A DNA stretch of 64,000 nucleotides. Origin: Heterodontus francisci (taxonomy: Eukaryota). The stretch spans positions 40,215,746 to 40,279,745 of the forward strand of contig NC_090393.1 of assembly GCF_036365525.1 (NCBI RefSeq), read 5' to 3'. Shown here piece after piece: positions 1-10,636 of this stretch. Both the position numbers and the translations under genes were made by a program. The notes beneath the pieces are model-generated. The model made no database searches. It saw only the letters and a list, made by a program, of their open reading frames with translations, and was not told the DNA's origin. Each line of letters begins with the position of its first letter. The first letter of the stretch is position 1.

Positions 1-884
1 ATCAACATCAACCATTCAACAACCTGGATGCTCCATTCCACCCTCCTCTGCTCCTCCATGCACTTAACCAACCCCATCCTTGCCATTGCCGCCATCCCCT
101 GAGATGATTCACCCTTGCTGGTGCCAAGCCCGGAGGCAGCATCCATTCCAATGCTGGCGTTAGTTTAATGGATGTGTTAAAGAGAGGAGAGCACAGTCCT
201 GAGAATCAACTGCACAGTGGCGCAGTGGATAGCACCGCAGCCTCACAGCTCTAGTGACCCGGGTTCAATTCTGGGTACTGCCTGTGTGGAGTTTGCAAGT
301 TCTCCCTGTGTTTGCGTGGGTTTCCTCCGGGTGCTCCGGTTTCCTCCCACATGCCGAAGACTTGCAGGTTGATAGGTAAATTGGCCATTAGCAATTGCCC
401 CTAGTATAGGTACTTGGTAGGGAAATATAGGGACAGGTGGGGATGTGGTAGGAATATGGAATTAGTGTAGGATTAGTATAAATGGGTGGTTGATGGTCGG
501 CACAGACTCGGTGGGCCGAAGGGCCTGTTTCAGTGCTGTATCTCTAAACTAAACTAAAAAACTAAATATCCGACTGTTGCATGCCACATTGGAACATTTG
601 TGAACCGGGTGGCATGGGAATATTGCACACCGTTCACTTAACCTGATAGGTAGGACTAAATTGTACCTCTGCTATGTAACTAGGTTAAAGAGTTTATTTA
701 AATGAATGTAAAGCTGCAATCCGCTATCGCACTGGGGGAACCCCCGGAATGCTGCAAACCCGCCACTGACTTAATTTCTCTAAAATATCCCCTCATCGGG
801 AATCAGGAAAAACGCCTCCCACCTAATTATATCACCCTGCACGCCATCAAATCTGCCACAGTGGACAGCATAAAACTCCCACCC
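1..884. mobile_element. Right end of a probable Harbinger-type non-autonomous DNA element, interrupted by a SINE
   Basis: Ends in ATAAAACTCCCACCC, resembling the TAAAATYCNRCCC termini of the other MITEs in the window. The left end is outside the window. Confidence 0.3.
212..566 (+). mobile_element. HE1-type tRNA-derived V-SINE, near full length
   Basis: A box TGGCGCAGTGG, B box GGTTCAATTC, V-domain CTGTGTGGAGTTTGC...GGGTTTCCTCCGGGTGCTCCGGTTTCCTCCCAC, CR1-like tail GGGCCGAAGGGCCTGTTTC, terminal (TAAAC)n. Confidence 0.9.
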
Positions 885-1435
885 AGGAATTGGACATGGA
901 ATCTTGCTGGTCTTCGTGGTTCAGCTACTCACTGGGTAAACTCAGTGAGCCATCATGGGTACCCCTAAATGTTTTTTCATTAAGTAACCAGAATGAAGGC
1001 CTAAGGTCCATAATGTAGGATACAGTGATTGAAACGAGCAGGAGAAAAGTTAATAGTAACTTAGTGACATTAAACTGTGGGTTTAAAAACTACAAAAAAT
1101 AACCTGGACTAATATTTTTTCAATTATTGAGTTTGGAAGGCCGGGGATAAAATAAAGGTGAAATAGCAACTTGCACCGTAACTGCTTTTCCCTAAACAGT
1201 AACTGCAGCAGTGTTAAGAAAGAGGAAAAATGGAGTTGCTAGAAAATTCAAACAAAAATAGAAAATTCTGGAAATATGCAGATCAGTCAGCATCCCTAAA
1301 CAGAAAAGACAAAGTGATTTTTTTTTAAACTTAATCATTCATCAGACTTTCAGGTGATAGTTTTATTTGTAGGTTCTGGGGGCCAGTCCTAAAAATATGA
1401 ACTTTTTTTTACTTCCTTGTATGGTATAAATGGAA

Positions 1436-2042
1436 TGTGGGGAAGGTGGGGATGTGGTAGGAATATGGAATTAGTGTTTCTTTTGTTCTTCTTTTTCTTT
1501 TGGGCCTCCTTATCTCGAGAGACAATGGATACGCGCCTGGAGGTGGTCAGTGGTTTGTGAAGCAGCGCCTGGAGTGGCTATAAAGGCCAATTCTGGAGTG
1601 ACAGGCTGTTCCACAGGTGCTGCAGAGAAATTTGTTTGTCGGGGCTGTTACACAGTTGGCTCTCCCCTTGCGCCTCTGTCTTTTTTCCTGTCAACTACTA
1701 AGTCTCTTCGACTCGCCACAATTTAGCCCTGTCTTTATGGCTGCCCGCCAGCTCTGGCAAATGCTGGCAACTGACTCCCACGACTTGTGATCAATGTCAC
1801 ACGATTTCATGTCGCGTTTGCAGACGTCTTTATAGCGGAGACATGGACGGCCGGTGGGTCTGATACCAGTGGCGAGCTCGCTGTACAATGTGTCTTTGGG
1901 GATCCTGCCATCTTCCATGCGGCTCACATGGCCAAGCCATCTCAAGTGCCGCTGACTCAGTAGGATTAGTATAAATGGGTGGTTGATGGTCGGCACAGAC
2001 TCGGTGGGCCGAAGGGCCTGTTTCAGTGCTGTATCTCTAAAC
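1436..2042 (+). mobile_element. 3' fragment of HE1-type SINE, split by an RTE insertion
   Basis: 1436-1477 and 1960-2042 join to give the same sequence as ~435-550 (GGAATTAGTGT|AGGATTAGTATAAATGGG). Confidence 0.85.
1478..1963 (-). mobile_element. RTE-clade LINE, 5'-truncated 3' end
   Basis: ORF 1691-1996 gives RHLRWLGHVSRMEDGRIPKDTLYSELATGIRPTGRPCLRYKDVCKRD, the typical RTE ORF C-terminus, followed by a 3'UTR and an A-rich (GAA) tail. Confidence 0.88.
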
Positions 2043-2237
2043 GAATGTGACTTTGAGTGTCAGTTTGCTGCCTCAGTTGCAGAGTATGGACAAACATATT
2101 CCATCTATATGTGCCCAGCTTGAACTTTTCTGCCAATCCTTTTAAAGGATGGAAAACTGTACAGTGGAGAGTACAAAAAGAAAAGTGCTGGCCTTTGTAT
2201 CTCATTGGGCATAGTTTGCTTTAAGTGTGTTTACACA

Positions 2238-4966
2238 GGAACATAGGAGCAGGAGTAGGCCATTCAGCCCATCAAGCCTGCTCTGCCATTCAATAGGATC
2301 GTGGTTGATCATCCATTTCAATGCCTTTTTCCCACAATATCCTCATATCCCCTTATGCCATTTGTATTTAGAAATCTGTCAATCTCTGCTTTAAACATCC
2401 TCAATGACTGAGTTTCCACAGCCCTCTGAGGTAGAGAATTCCAAAGATTCACAACCCTCTGAGTAAAGAAATTTCTTCTCATCTCGTCCTAAGTGGCTTC
2501 CCTCTTATTTTGAAATTATGTCCCCTGGTTCTAGACTCCCCAACCAGGGGAAATATCTTAGCTGAAACTGCCCTATCTATCCCTTTAAGTATTTTGTAGG
2601 TTTCAATGAGATCACCTCTCATTCTTCAAAACTCTGGAGAATACAGGCCCAGTTTCCCCAATCTCTCTTCATAGGACAGTCCCGTCATCCCAGGAATAAG
2701 TCTGGTGAACCTTTGTTGCACTCCCTCTATGGCAATAATATCCTTCCTAAGGTAAGAGGACCACAACTGCACACAGTACTCCAGGTGCGGTCTAAACAAG
2801 GTTCTATACAATTGAAGCAAAACTTCACTACTCCTGTACTCAAATCCTCTTGCGATAAAGGTTAACATACCGTTAGCCTTCTTAATTGCTTGCTGCACCT
2901 GCATGTTAGCTTTCAGTGACTTATTGACAAGGACACCCATGTCCCTTTGTACATCTACACTTTCTAATCTCTTACCATTGAAGAAATACTCTTCACATCT
3001 GTTCCTCCTACCAAAATGGATAACCTCACATTTTTCCAAATTATATTCCATCTGCCAAGTTCTTTCCCACTCACTAAGTCTTTCCAAATCCCCTTAAAGC
3101 CGCTTTGCATCTTCCTCACAACATACATTCCCATGTGTCATCTGCGAACTTGGAAATATTACATTTGGTCCCCACATCCAAATCATTGATATATATTGTG
3201 AACAGTTGGGGCCCAAGCATTGATCCCTGCGGTACCCCACTAGTCACAGCCTGCCAGCACGAGAATGACCCGTTTATTTCTACTCTCTGTTTTCTGCCTG
3301 TTAACCAATCCTTAATCCATGCCAGTATATTACCTCCTATCCCATGTGCTTTAATTTTGCTAACCAACCTCCTGTGGGGGACTTAATCAAAGGCCTTTTG
3401 AAAATACAAGTATACCACGTCCAACAACTCCCCCTTATCAATTCTGTTAGTAACATCCTCAAAAAACTTCAACAGGTTCATCAAACATGATTTCCCATTC
3501 ATAAATCCATGCTGACTATGCCCAATCAGATCATTGTTGTCCAAGTGTCCATTTATCACATCCTTTAGAATAGATTCTAGCATTTTCCCAACTACTGATA
3601 TAAGGCTAACAGGTCTGTAATTCCCTGTTTTCTCTCTCCCTCCCTTCTTAAATAGTGGGGTGACATTTGCGACCTTCCAATCTGCAGGAACTGCTCCAAA
3701 ACCTATGGAATTTTGGAAGATGATCACCAATGCATCCACTATCTCCACTACCTCTTTCAACACTCTGGGATGTAGAATATCAGGTCCTGGGGACTTATCA
3801 ACTTTCAGCCCCATTACTTTCTCCAATACAACCTTCTTACTAATACTAATTTCCTTCAATTCCTCATTCCCCCTAATCCCTTGGATTTCTAATTCTGGAA
3901 GATTTCTTGTATTTTCCTCAGTGAAGACAGACAAAAAGTAATCATTTAGCTTCTCTGCCATTTCTCTATTCCGCATTATAAATTCTCCTGACTCTGCCTG
4001 TAATGGACCCACATTTTTTTTAGTCAAACCTTTCCTTTTTACATACCTATAGAAGCTTTTAGTTTGTTTTTATATTTTTTGCTAGCTTATATTCATATTG
4101 TATTCTCCTGTTCTTTACCAGTTTCTTCATGCTCCTTTGCTGTCTTCTAAAATCCTCCCAATCCTCAGGTTTACTACTATTTCTGGTAACTTTATAGACC
4201 TTTTCTTTTAATCTTAGACAATCTGTAACTTCATTTGTTATCCATGGTTGACTGCCTTTACTTTTGGAGTTTTTGTGTCTAGAAGGAATGTATAGTTTCT
4301 GTAATTTATGTAATATTTCTTTAAAGACTATCCATTGCCTATGTACTGTCATACCTTTTAATGTATTTTCTCAATCCACCTCAGTCAATTTGCCCCTCAT
4401 ATCTTCATAAGTTCCTTTGTTCAAATTTAACACCCTGGCTTCAGATTGAACTACCTCACTTTCAAACATAATGTTAAATTCTATCACATTATGGTCACTC
4501 ATCCTTAAAGGTTCTTTTACAACAAGATTATTTATTAACCCTTTCTCATTACATAATATTAGATCCAAAATAGCCTGTTCTCCAGTCAGTTCCTCAACAT
4601 ACTGCTCCAGAAAACCATCCCTACCACACTCCAGAAACTCATCCTCCACAATATTAGTGCTCATTAGGTTTACCCAGTCTATATACAGATTGAAATCACC
4701 CCTGATTACTGTATTACCCACATTACATGCTTCTCTAATCTCCTGATTAATGCCATGCCCCACACTACCACTACTGTTTGGTGGCCTATAAACAACTCCT
4801 ACCAATGTTTGCTGCCTCTTGTTGTTTCTTAGCTCCACCCAAACAGATTCCGCATTTTGTTCTTCCGATCTGAGATCCTCCCTTACTAATGTACTGATCC
4901 CATCTTTAATTATCAGCGCAACAGCACCCCTTTTCCTTTTTGTCTGTCCTTCCTAAATGTCAAATA
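2238..4966 (-). mobile_element. CR1 LINE, 5'-truncated, disrupted ORF2 (endonuclease part + RT)
   Basis: Collinear ORFs 4371-4838 (VGVVYRPPN, GDFN, SDHN), 4059-4352, 3383-4027 (KSPGPD, NYRPVSL, QHGF), 3116-3367 (GVPQGS, KFADDT), 2626-3087 (RPHLEYCVQ). CR1 3'UTR at 2238-2290. Confidence 0.95.
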
Positions 4967-4984
4967 TAAATGTGTTTAAAATTA

Positions 4985-5150
4985 ACAATGAAAAGGGGAT
5001 TGGATGAATATTTCAAAAAAGGAAGAATATTAAAGAATATGGGGAAATGTTGGAGAAATTAGGTCAGAATAGATAATACATTGAAGGCACAGCAATAGTG
5101 CAGATACAATGGTCCTAAAGGCCTCCTTGGCTGTAATTTCTACAATACAA
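4985..5150 (+). mobile_element. Highly decayed CR1 3' end
   Basis: AAAAGGGGATTGGATGAATATTT...AGATACAATGGTCCTAAAGGCCTCC resembles the CR1 ORF2 end and 3'UTR. Confidence 0.5.
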
Positions 5151-5479
5151 GCATACAATAGATTGTACAGAGATCCTGATGACAGATGATAAAGTACTTG
5201 CAGAGAGGAACATTTCTTTGGGAAGAGAAAATGAGTTATCGGTACAGATACCCTGACAGAGTAGCAGATAGGAATCCCATATTGCGCCAGGAAATGCTCA
5301 ACATGCCATGACAGCCCTCTCTATTGGAGCAAAGGAAAATTCAGAGGAAGAATCACCACAGGCCACTTGCACATCTCCTAACAACCAGGTTAAAATTTAC
5401 CTTAATCTCAATATTGAAGAAATATCAGGAGTGAAATTCATAATCATAGAGTGAGACACAATGCAATCCTATTGAACAT

Positions 5480-5825
5480 TGAAATCTCAAAAAGTTTTGA
5501 TAGAATTCATAGGGAGAACCTGTTTCCAATGGCATGCGGGTCAGTACCCAAAGGACACAGATTTAAAATAACTAGCAAAAAAACTGAGTGGGAAAATTAG
5601 GAGAATTTCTTTTGGTCACTTATGATCTGGAATGTGTTGTCTGAAAGGGTAGTGGAAGCAGATTCAGTGCAACTTTCAAAAGGGAATTGGGTAAATACTT
5701 AAAAAGGAAACATTGCAGGACTCTGGGAAGTGAGCAGGGGAATAGGACTAATTGGTAGCTGTCTCAGAGCTGGTACAAGCAGGATGAGCTGAATTATCTC
5801 TTTCTGTACTGTATGATTTTGTATG
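5480..5825 (+). mobile_element. Decayed CR1 3' end
   Basis: AGGGAGAACCTGTTTCC, GGACACAGATTTAAA, TTCAAAAGGGAATTGG, tail TTCTGTACTGTATGATT. Confidence 0.75.
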
Positions 5826-6272
5826 TTGAGATACATCAGAATAGGTCAAATGCTTAAACGAAAATGTGCACATCTCCAAATGAACAAAGATCAGCAAGTC
5901 TGCTTTAACAGAGGACTATGTCCAATTTTGCCAGATTAAAAAAGGACACAGTCTCACTCTTATGGGTGGAGCTTAAAAGGGTACCACCTTCAGATAGGAA
6001 ATGTTTGGCCATCATTTTCATTGTATCAAGAAATATTTCTCTCAAAAGAATTCACCATTTATGGCTTGGAAAGGCGCAATTGACACATTCAACTGTTTTT
6101 TAAAAAAATCAGATCAGTTGCGAACATTTACTAAAATAGCTTTCATTATGAAACCCTTGCCTCAAAATGTAATGTGATTTGTTGCTCAGTGCATAATAAA
6201 AAGCTTTTTTAGATGTTATAGTTGTAAATTTTACCTGTCTGTGATTCGATCACTTGGGAGAAGCCAGCATTT

Positions 6273-6855
6273 GGGAGAGATAGTGGTGTAGTGGTAATGT
6301 CATTGGTTAATTTATTTTAATCCAGGCAAATACCCTAGGGATAATAAAAACAAAGTACAGCAGATGCTGGAAATCTGAAATAAAAACAAGAAATGCTGGA
6401 AATACTCAGCAGGTCTGGCAGCATCTGTGGAGAAGCAGAGTTAACGGTTTGGGTCAGTGACCCTTCTTTGGAACTGGCAAATATTAGCATTGGCAGGAAT
6501 TGGCAAAAATGCCCTAGGGACATGGGTTCAAATCCCATCATGGCAGCGGGTGGAATTTAAATTCAATTAATTAATAACATTAATTAATTAATAAAACATC
6601 TAGAATTGAAAGCTAGTTTCAGTATTGGTGCCAACTATCATCAATTGTCATAAATACCCATCTGGTTCATTAATGCCCTTTAGGGAAGGAAGTCTGCCAC
6701 TCTTACCTGGTCTGGCCTACATGTGACTCCAAACCCACACTCACACAGTTGACTCTGAACTGCCCTCTCAAAAGGCCTAGCAAGCCACTCAGTTTTCAAG
6801 GGCAATTTGTTGGCCTTGCCAGTGATGCCCACATCCCACGAAAGAATAAAAAAAA
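6273..6855 (+). mobile_element. tRNA-derived SINE (second family), interrupted by a Penelope-like fragment
   Basis: A box TGGTGTAGTGG, B box GGTTCAAATCC, core CCCATCTGGTTCA..TAATG..CTTTAGGGAAGGAA, A-rich tail. Homologous to the copy at 22692-23108. Confidence 0.85.
6342..6501 (-). mobile_element. Penelope-like terminal-repeat fragment
   Basis: CAGATGCTGGAAATCTGAAATAAAAACAAGAAATGCTGGAAATACTCAGCAGGTCTGGCAGCATCTGTGG, related to 22336, 35747 and 46265. Flanked by the imperfect duplication GGCAAA(AA)TRCCCTAGGGA. Confidence 0.65.
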
Positions 6856-7399
6856 GCAGCAGCAAACAGTTGTGAGCAAGAATAGCAAGCCAGTTACTGG
6901 AATCAAAGAGCAACAATAAGCACAGTGAGTGGCAGTCAGCTGCAACCAATAACTAAATAACAAGCAGTGGTCAGTGACCAGCAGTGGTTCTCAGTCACAG
7001 TAAGCAGAGTCAGTACTGCCTCCCAGTAACAGTCAGAAACTGGCGGTGATCTGGCATAATGACCAGCAGACAAAAATAGCAGCTTATAAAATAGCAAATT
7101 AGCAATGACAAAATATTCATGATGGACCAGCAACCAGGCACAACAATCTGAAAACAGTAAGCTGTAACTAATAAGCAAGAAACAGGAATGTGCACTCAGT
7201 CAACAGCAGCTTTTAAAAAAAGTAAGCAGCTAAACATAGGTAACCATAACCATCGCAAGCAGTGAAAATGGAAGATCAGGCAGCTAGTGGCCTTCGCTTA
7301 AAAAAGTGAAATGAAATTCGTGAGATAATTGTATAGTGATAGCTGCAAGACATACACACAACCTGGGATTCCAATACTAAAGAGCATGGGTTTTGTACA

Positions 7400-9090
7400 A
7401 ACTTTTTTTTTGCTTGGGAAGGCACAATAGATATGTAAGCAAGGCAACAATGCATTTCAGTAAGACTTACATTATCAAGTCAAATGTTTCAAAGACACAA
7501 GTCCATGAAGAGAATGCTCTTAAGATCTTTGAATGCATAAGAATTGTAGATATGACCAAAACAGGTATTTCAACAAGAGCCAGGTGCTGGATTTCAGACC
7601 ATCCTGGCTTGATGCTTATGTTTCCAAACAATGTTGCAATAAATATCAGACTCTGCAGCCATGTTGAGACCTTCGCTACGATACACGAAAGCATACTTCA
7701 CAGCTCTTCCATTTTTCCAGCTTTGTTGTGTTTTTGTCTCTTTCCCCATTAGACCAGTAACAATGCCATTCCGTATGTGAATCAAACATGTAATATTCCA
7801 ATATTTCTTCTCCTCAATGTGAATCTAATATTGTGACTTAGAAATCCCTGTTCAACCAGCTAGAGATAACCTTGATGTAAAAATGGTCAAACCCGCACAG
7901 AAAGGATGCTGAGAAGATGTACATGAGGAAATCACTGATCGTTTGAGAATAATAATTTTGTTCCATTCATTTCACTACTCATATAACCAACTGAGTTGCT
8001 ACTTGCTGTTCTTTGATGTAACTTATCAGGCTATGGATGGCATCAGTTCTATGGTATAAGAGCTATATCGAACAATTCAATAATTCTATTTTCTGAAAAA
8101 AATCACTGTAGGCTATGAAATAACAAGTGTTGTAAAAGCAATTTAAAGCTACAATTCGTCCTGGAGTTCAGAGGACATTCATGAACCAAGATTTTTACAG
8201 TCCATTCATAAAATGGCCTGAAGGACACTTGCAGCCCACTTTCCTTTCCCTGTATTCTTCAGCAGGTTTAGTGTATCTTCATCTCCATTTATGTCCCAGC
8301 CATGACTGTGGAATGATGGACAAAGTGTGTTTCACTGTTGTACTCTATCCTTTTCTTGTTGTCCAATGAGAGAAGGTAAGGGAATGTGATTGGAAGGCAG
8401 AGCTAATTCTTGCTGCTTGGGATTGTGGTTCTTGAAAACCATTCTTAAGTTAACACTAGTTTACAGTATAATTGGAAACCTTTCATTGAATCAGTGCCAT
8501 TATTCTTCTTCATTTTCTCCTAGATGCCTTGCATTTTGTTCTATGATCAGGAACAGGTGTAGTCCAGTTGTTAATATGTGCTACTAGAACTTTAATTCAT
8601 GATATCTTTCATCAAGGCCAGTAAGATTTTTTTACATGATTGAAATAGCAGTTCTCCAAGAATTGGCTTGTTGACAGAAGTAACATTTTGTGGTAGTTTG
8701 GATTGTTAAAACGTGTACTGTTGAATTTATTATAAAAACACATATGGTTTAGAGGTTTCTTTTTAAAATGATCTGGGATCAGATGTTCACACAGGATCGA
8801 GGGATTGTATTGACAGCTTGCATGGAAATCAAGTCAACATCATATAAATGTGTTGTGAAAACTCTCAATCAATAACATTTATAAAGCAGTTTCTAGTATC
8901 CTGAGGAGCATGTGGGGTAACTACCCATTCTTTGTAATGTGCACTGCGTAGGTAAAGTGAAGAGGCTCAATAAATTGCACTGTGTAAGGAACTGGCCCAG
9001 CTGGGCCTGGCAATGAAGTGGAAAGTCTTCGCCCTTGGTGACACCATGTGTCTTGACACAGCCAGTCTTGTCAATAAATGCAATCAACAA
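7400..9090 (+). pseudogene. Possible very old Gypsy integrase remnant with a putative downstream LTR
   Basis: Frame-hopping translation gives ..STRARCWISDHPG / DAYVSKQCCNKYQTLQP.. / NIVT*KSLF / PHRKDAEKMY, loosely in the order of the integrase HHCC and core motifs. GAGGAGCA|TGT at ~8905 and AATAAA at ~9073. Confidence 0.3.
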
Positions 9091-9549
9091 GTTTAATCAT
9101 TAGGTACACTTTCATATGAACAAGCTTTTGGTGAGTAGTAAAGTTAAAGCACAGGACTGCTTATTTATTCAGAATTTTATGTATGCATTGCTGGAGAGCA
9201 GTTCAAAAGAAACAAATTCTTTTCAAACAAACTCAAATTACATCAAGGAAAAATCACTTGGCAGCAATTACTGTACATGTTTTCTGTTTTCTGTGACCTA
9301 TGTAGAACCAGCAGAAACTGATGAAACTTTCATTTTACAGTAAATGGAATCAGCGCTTTTCTGACACGATCTGCTCCTGTCAAATTCGGTCAATTTTTCC
9401 ACCCAAAAAAAGAATTGGATTAAATGATTTCAACCTATCAGCAATAGATTGTATGAATGTAAATTGCTTTTTTATTCTGGATTTGGCTTTTAGCACCAGG
9501 ATTGTCTATTATGCTGCAAAATGGTGGTCCTGTCACCAGTGACTCTGTC

Positions 9550-9765
9550 CCCCTCCCCAACCACTGGCTGATCCTGAATTGACTATTTGCAATCTTGGTG
9601 CCTTATTTGACCTAAGCTGTGCTTCTAACCCACATACTCTCCAGCACAAAGACTGCCAACTCCAACCTCTTATAATATTACCTCAGCCCATCTATCACTG
9701 AACCTTTATGCATGCCTCTGGTACCTCTAGACTTGACTATTTCAATGCCCTTCTGTTTGTTTACC
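9550..9765 (+). mobile_element. L2 LINE RT C-terminal fragment
   Basis: Encodes degenerate NLGALFD...LMHASGTSRLDYFNALL (L2 motif HAFVTSRLDYCNALL). Confidence 0.7.
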
Positions 9766-10119
9766 TGCCAACAATAACAACAACTTACATTTGTATTGCA
9801 CCTTTAATGTAATAAAACGCTCCAAGGTGCTTCACAGGAGCATTATAAAACAAAATACGACACCAAGCCACAAAAGGAGACATCAGATGACCAAAAGCTG
9901 GATCAAAGGTAGGTTTTAAGGAGTTTCTTAAAGGATGAAAGCAAGGTGGAAAGGCGGAGAGGTGTAGATGGGGTATTCCAAACCTGGGGGCCTCAGCAAC
10001 TGAAGGCGTGGCACCAATGGTGGAGTGATTAAAGTCAAGGATGCACAAGAGTCCAGAATTAGAAGAGTGTAGATATCATGGAGGGTTGTGGGGCTGGAGG
10101 CGATTACAGAGATAGGGAG

Positions 10120-10378
10120 TGTAATGAAAAGCTTTTTATGTTGTCTGATGCAACATAAATGAGATGTGTGGAGTTCAATTGATTGAAGATCACAAACAAG
10201 TTTATTAACAGCTAACAAGTATATACAGTACAGAGCTAACTATTTACATAACTTGCCTCTTGGTGTTACAGTTACAGAGTGAATCTGGCAAGTAGTCACG
10301 TGACTGCATCCTGGCATGTAGCTCATTAGCGTACTAAGATCTTAAAGGGACATCACTCTTAAAGGCAATCACACAACA
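10120..10378 (-). repeat. 3' LTR
   Basis: TGTAATGAAAAGCTTTTTAT...CAATCACACAACA, adjacent to the polypurine tract at 10379-10393. Confidence 0.95.
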
Positions 10379-10636
10379 TCCCCCTTTTTCCAAAGATAAG
10401 TCTCGTATGCTAAAAGCAAAATATATAAAGTTAGATAACATCAAAATTATTTACACAGGTATAGAGATTATGAACTTTACAAATATAGAGGCTCAACAGT
10501 CCATATGTCATCTCAATGGTGTGACAATTCTTGCTCGGGGAGTTTGCACCTCATCTGTTGCTGTTCTTTCTGAAGTTTCTGCATTCAGTTTCCGTTGCTC
10601 TGCCTTCAGACTGTTAATATACTCTGTCGGTTTTCT

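Noticed and set aside
212-290. tRNA genes at SINE heads (also 6273, 23108, 40641, 56415)
   Set aside because: A/B boxes continue into SINE cores and LINE tails, and no complete cloverleaf is evident.
8200-8340. Minus-strand LCPSFHSHGWD...TGKGKW as an Academ/XPG-like motif
   Set aside because: It lacks the GCD motif and downstream support. The plus-strand integrase reading fits slightly better.
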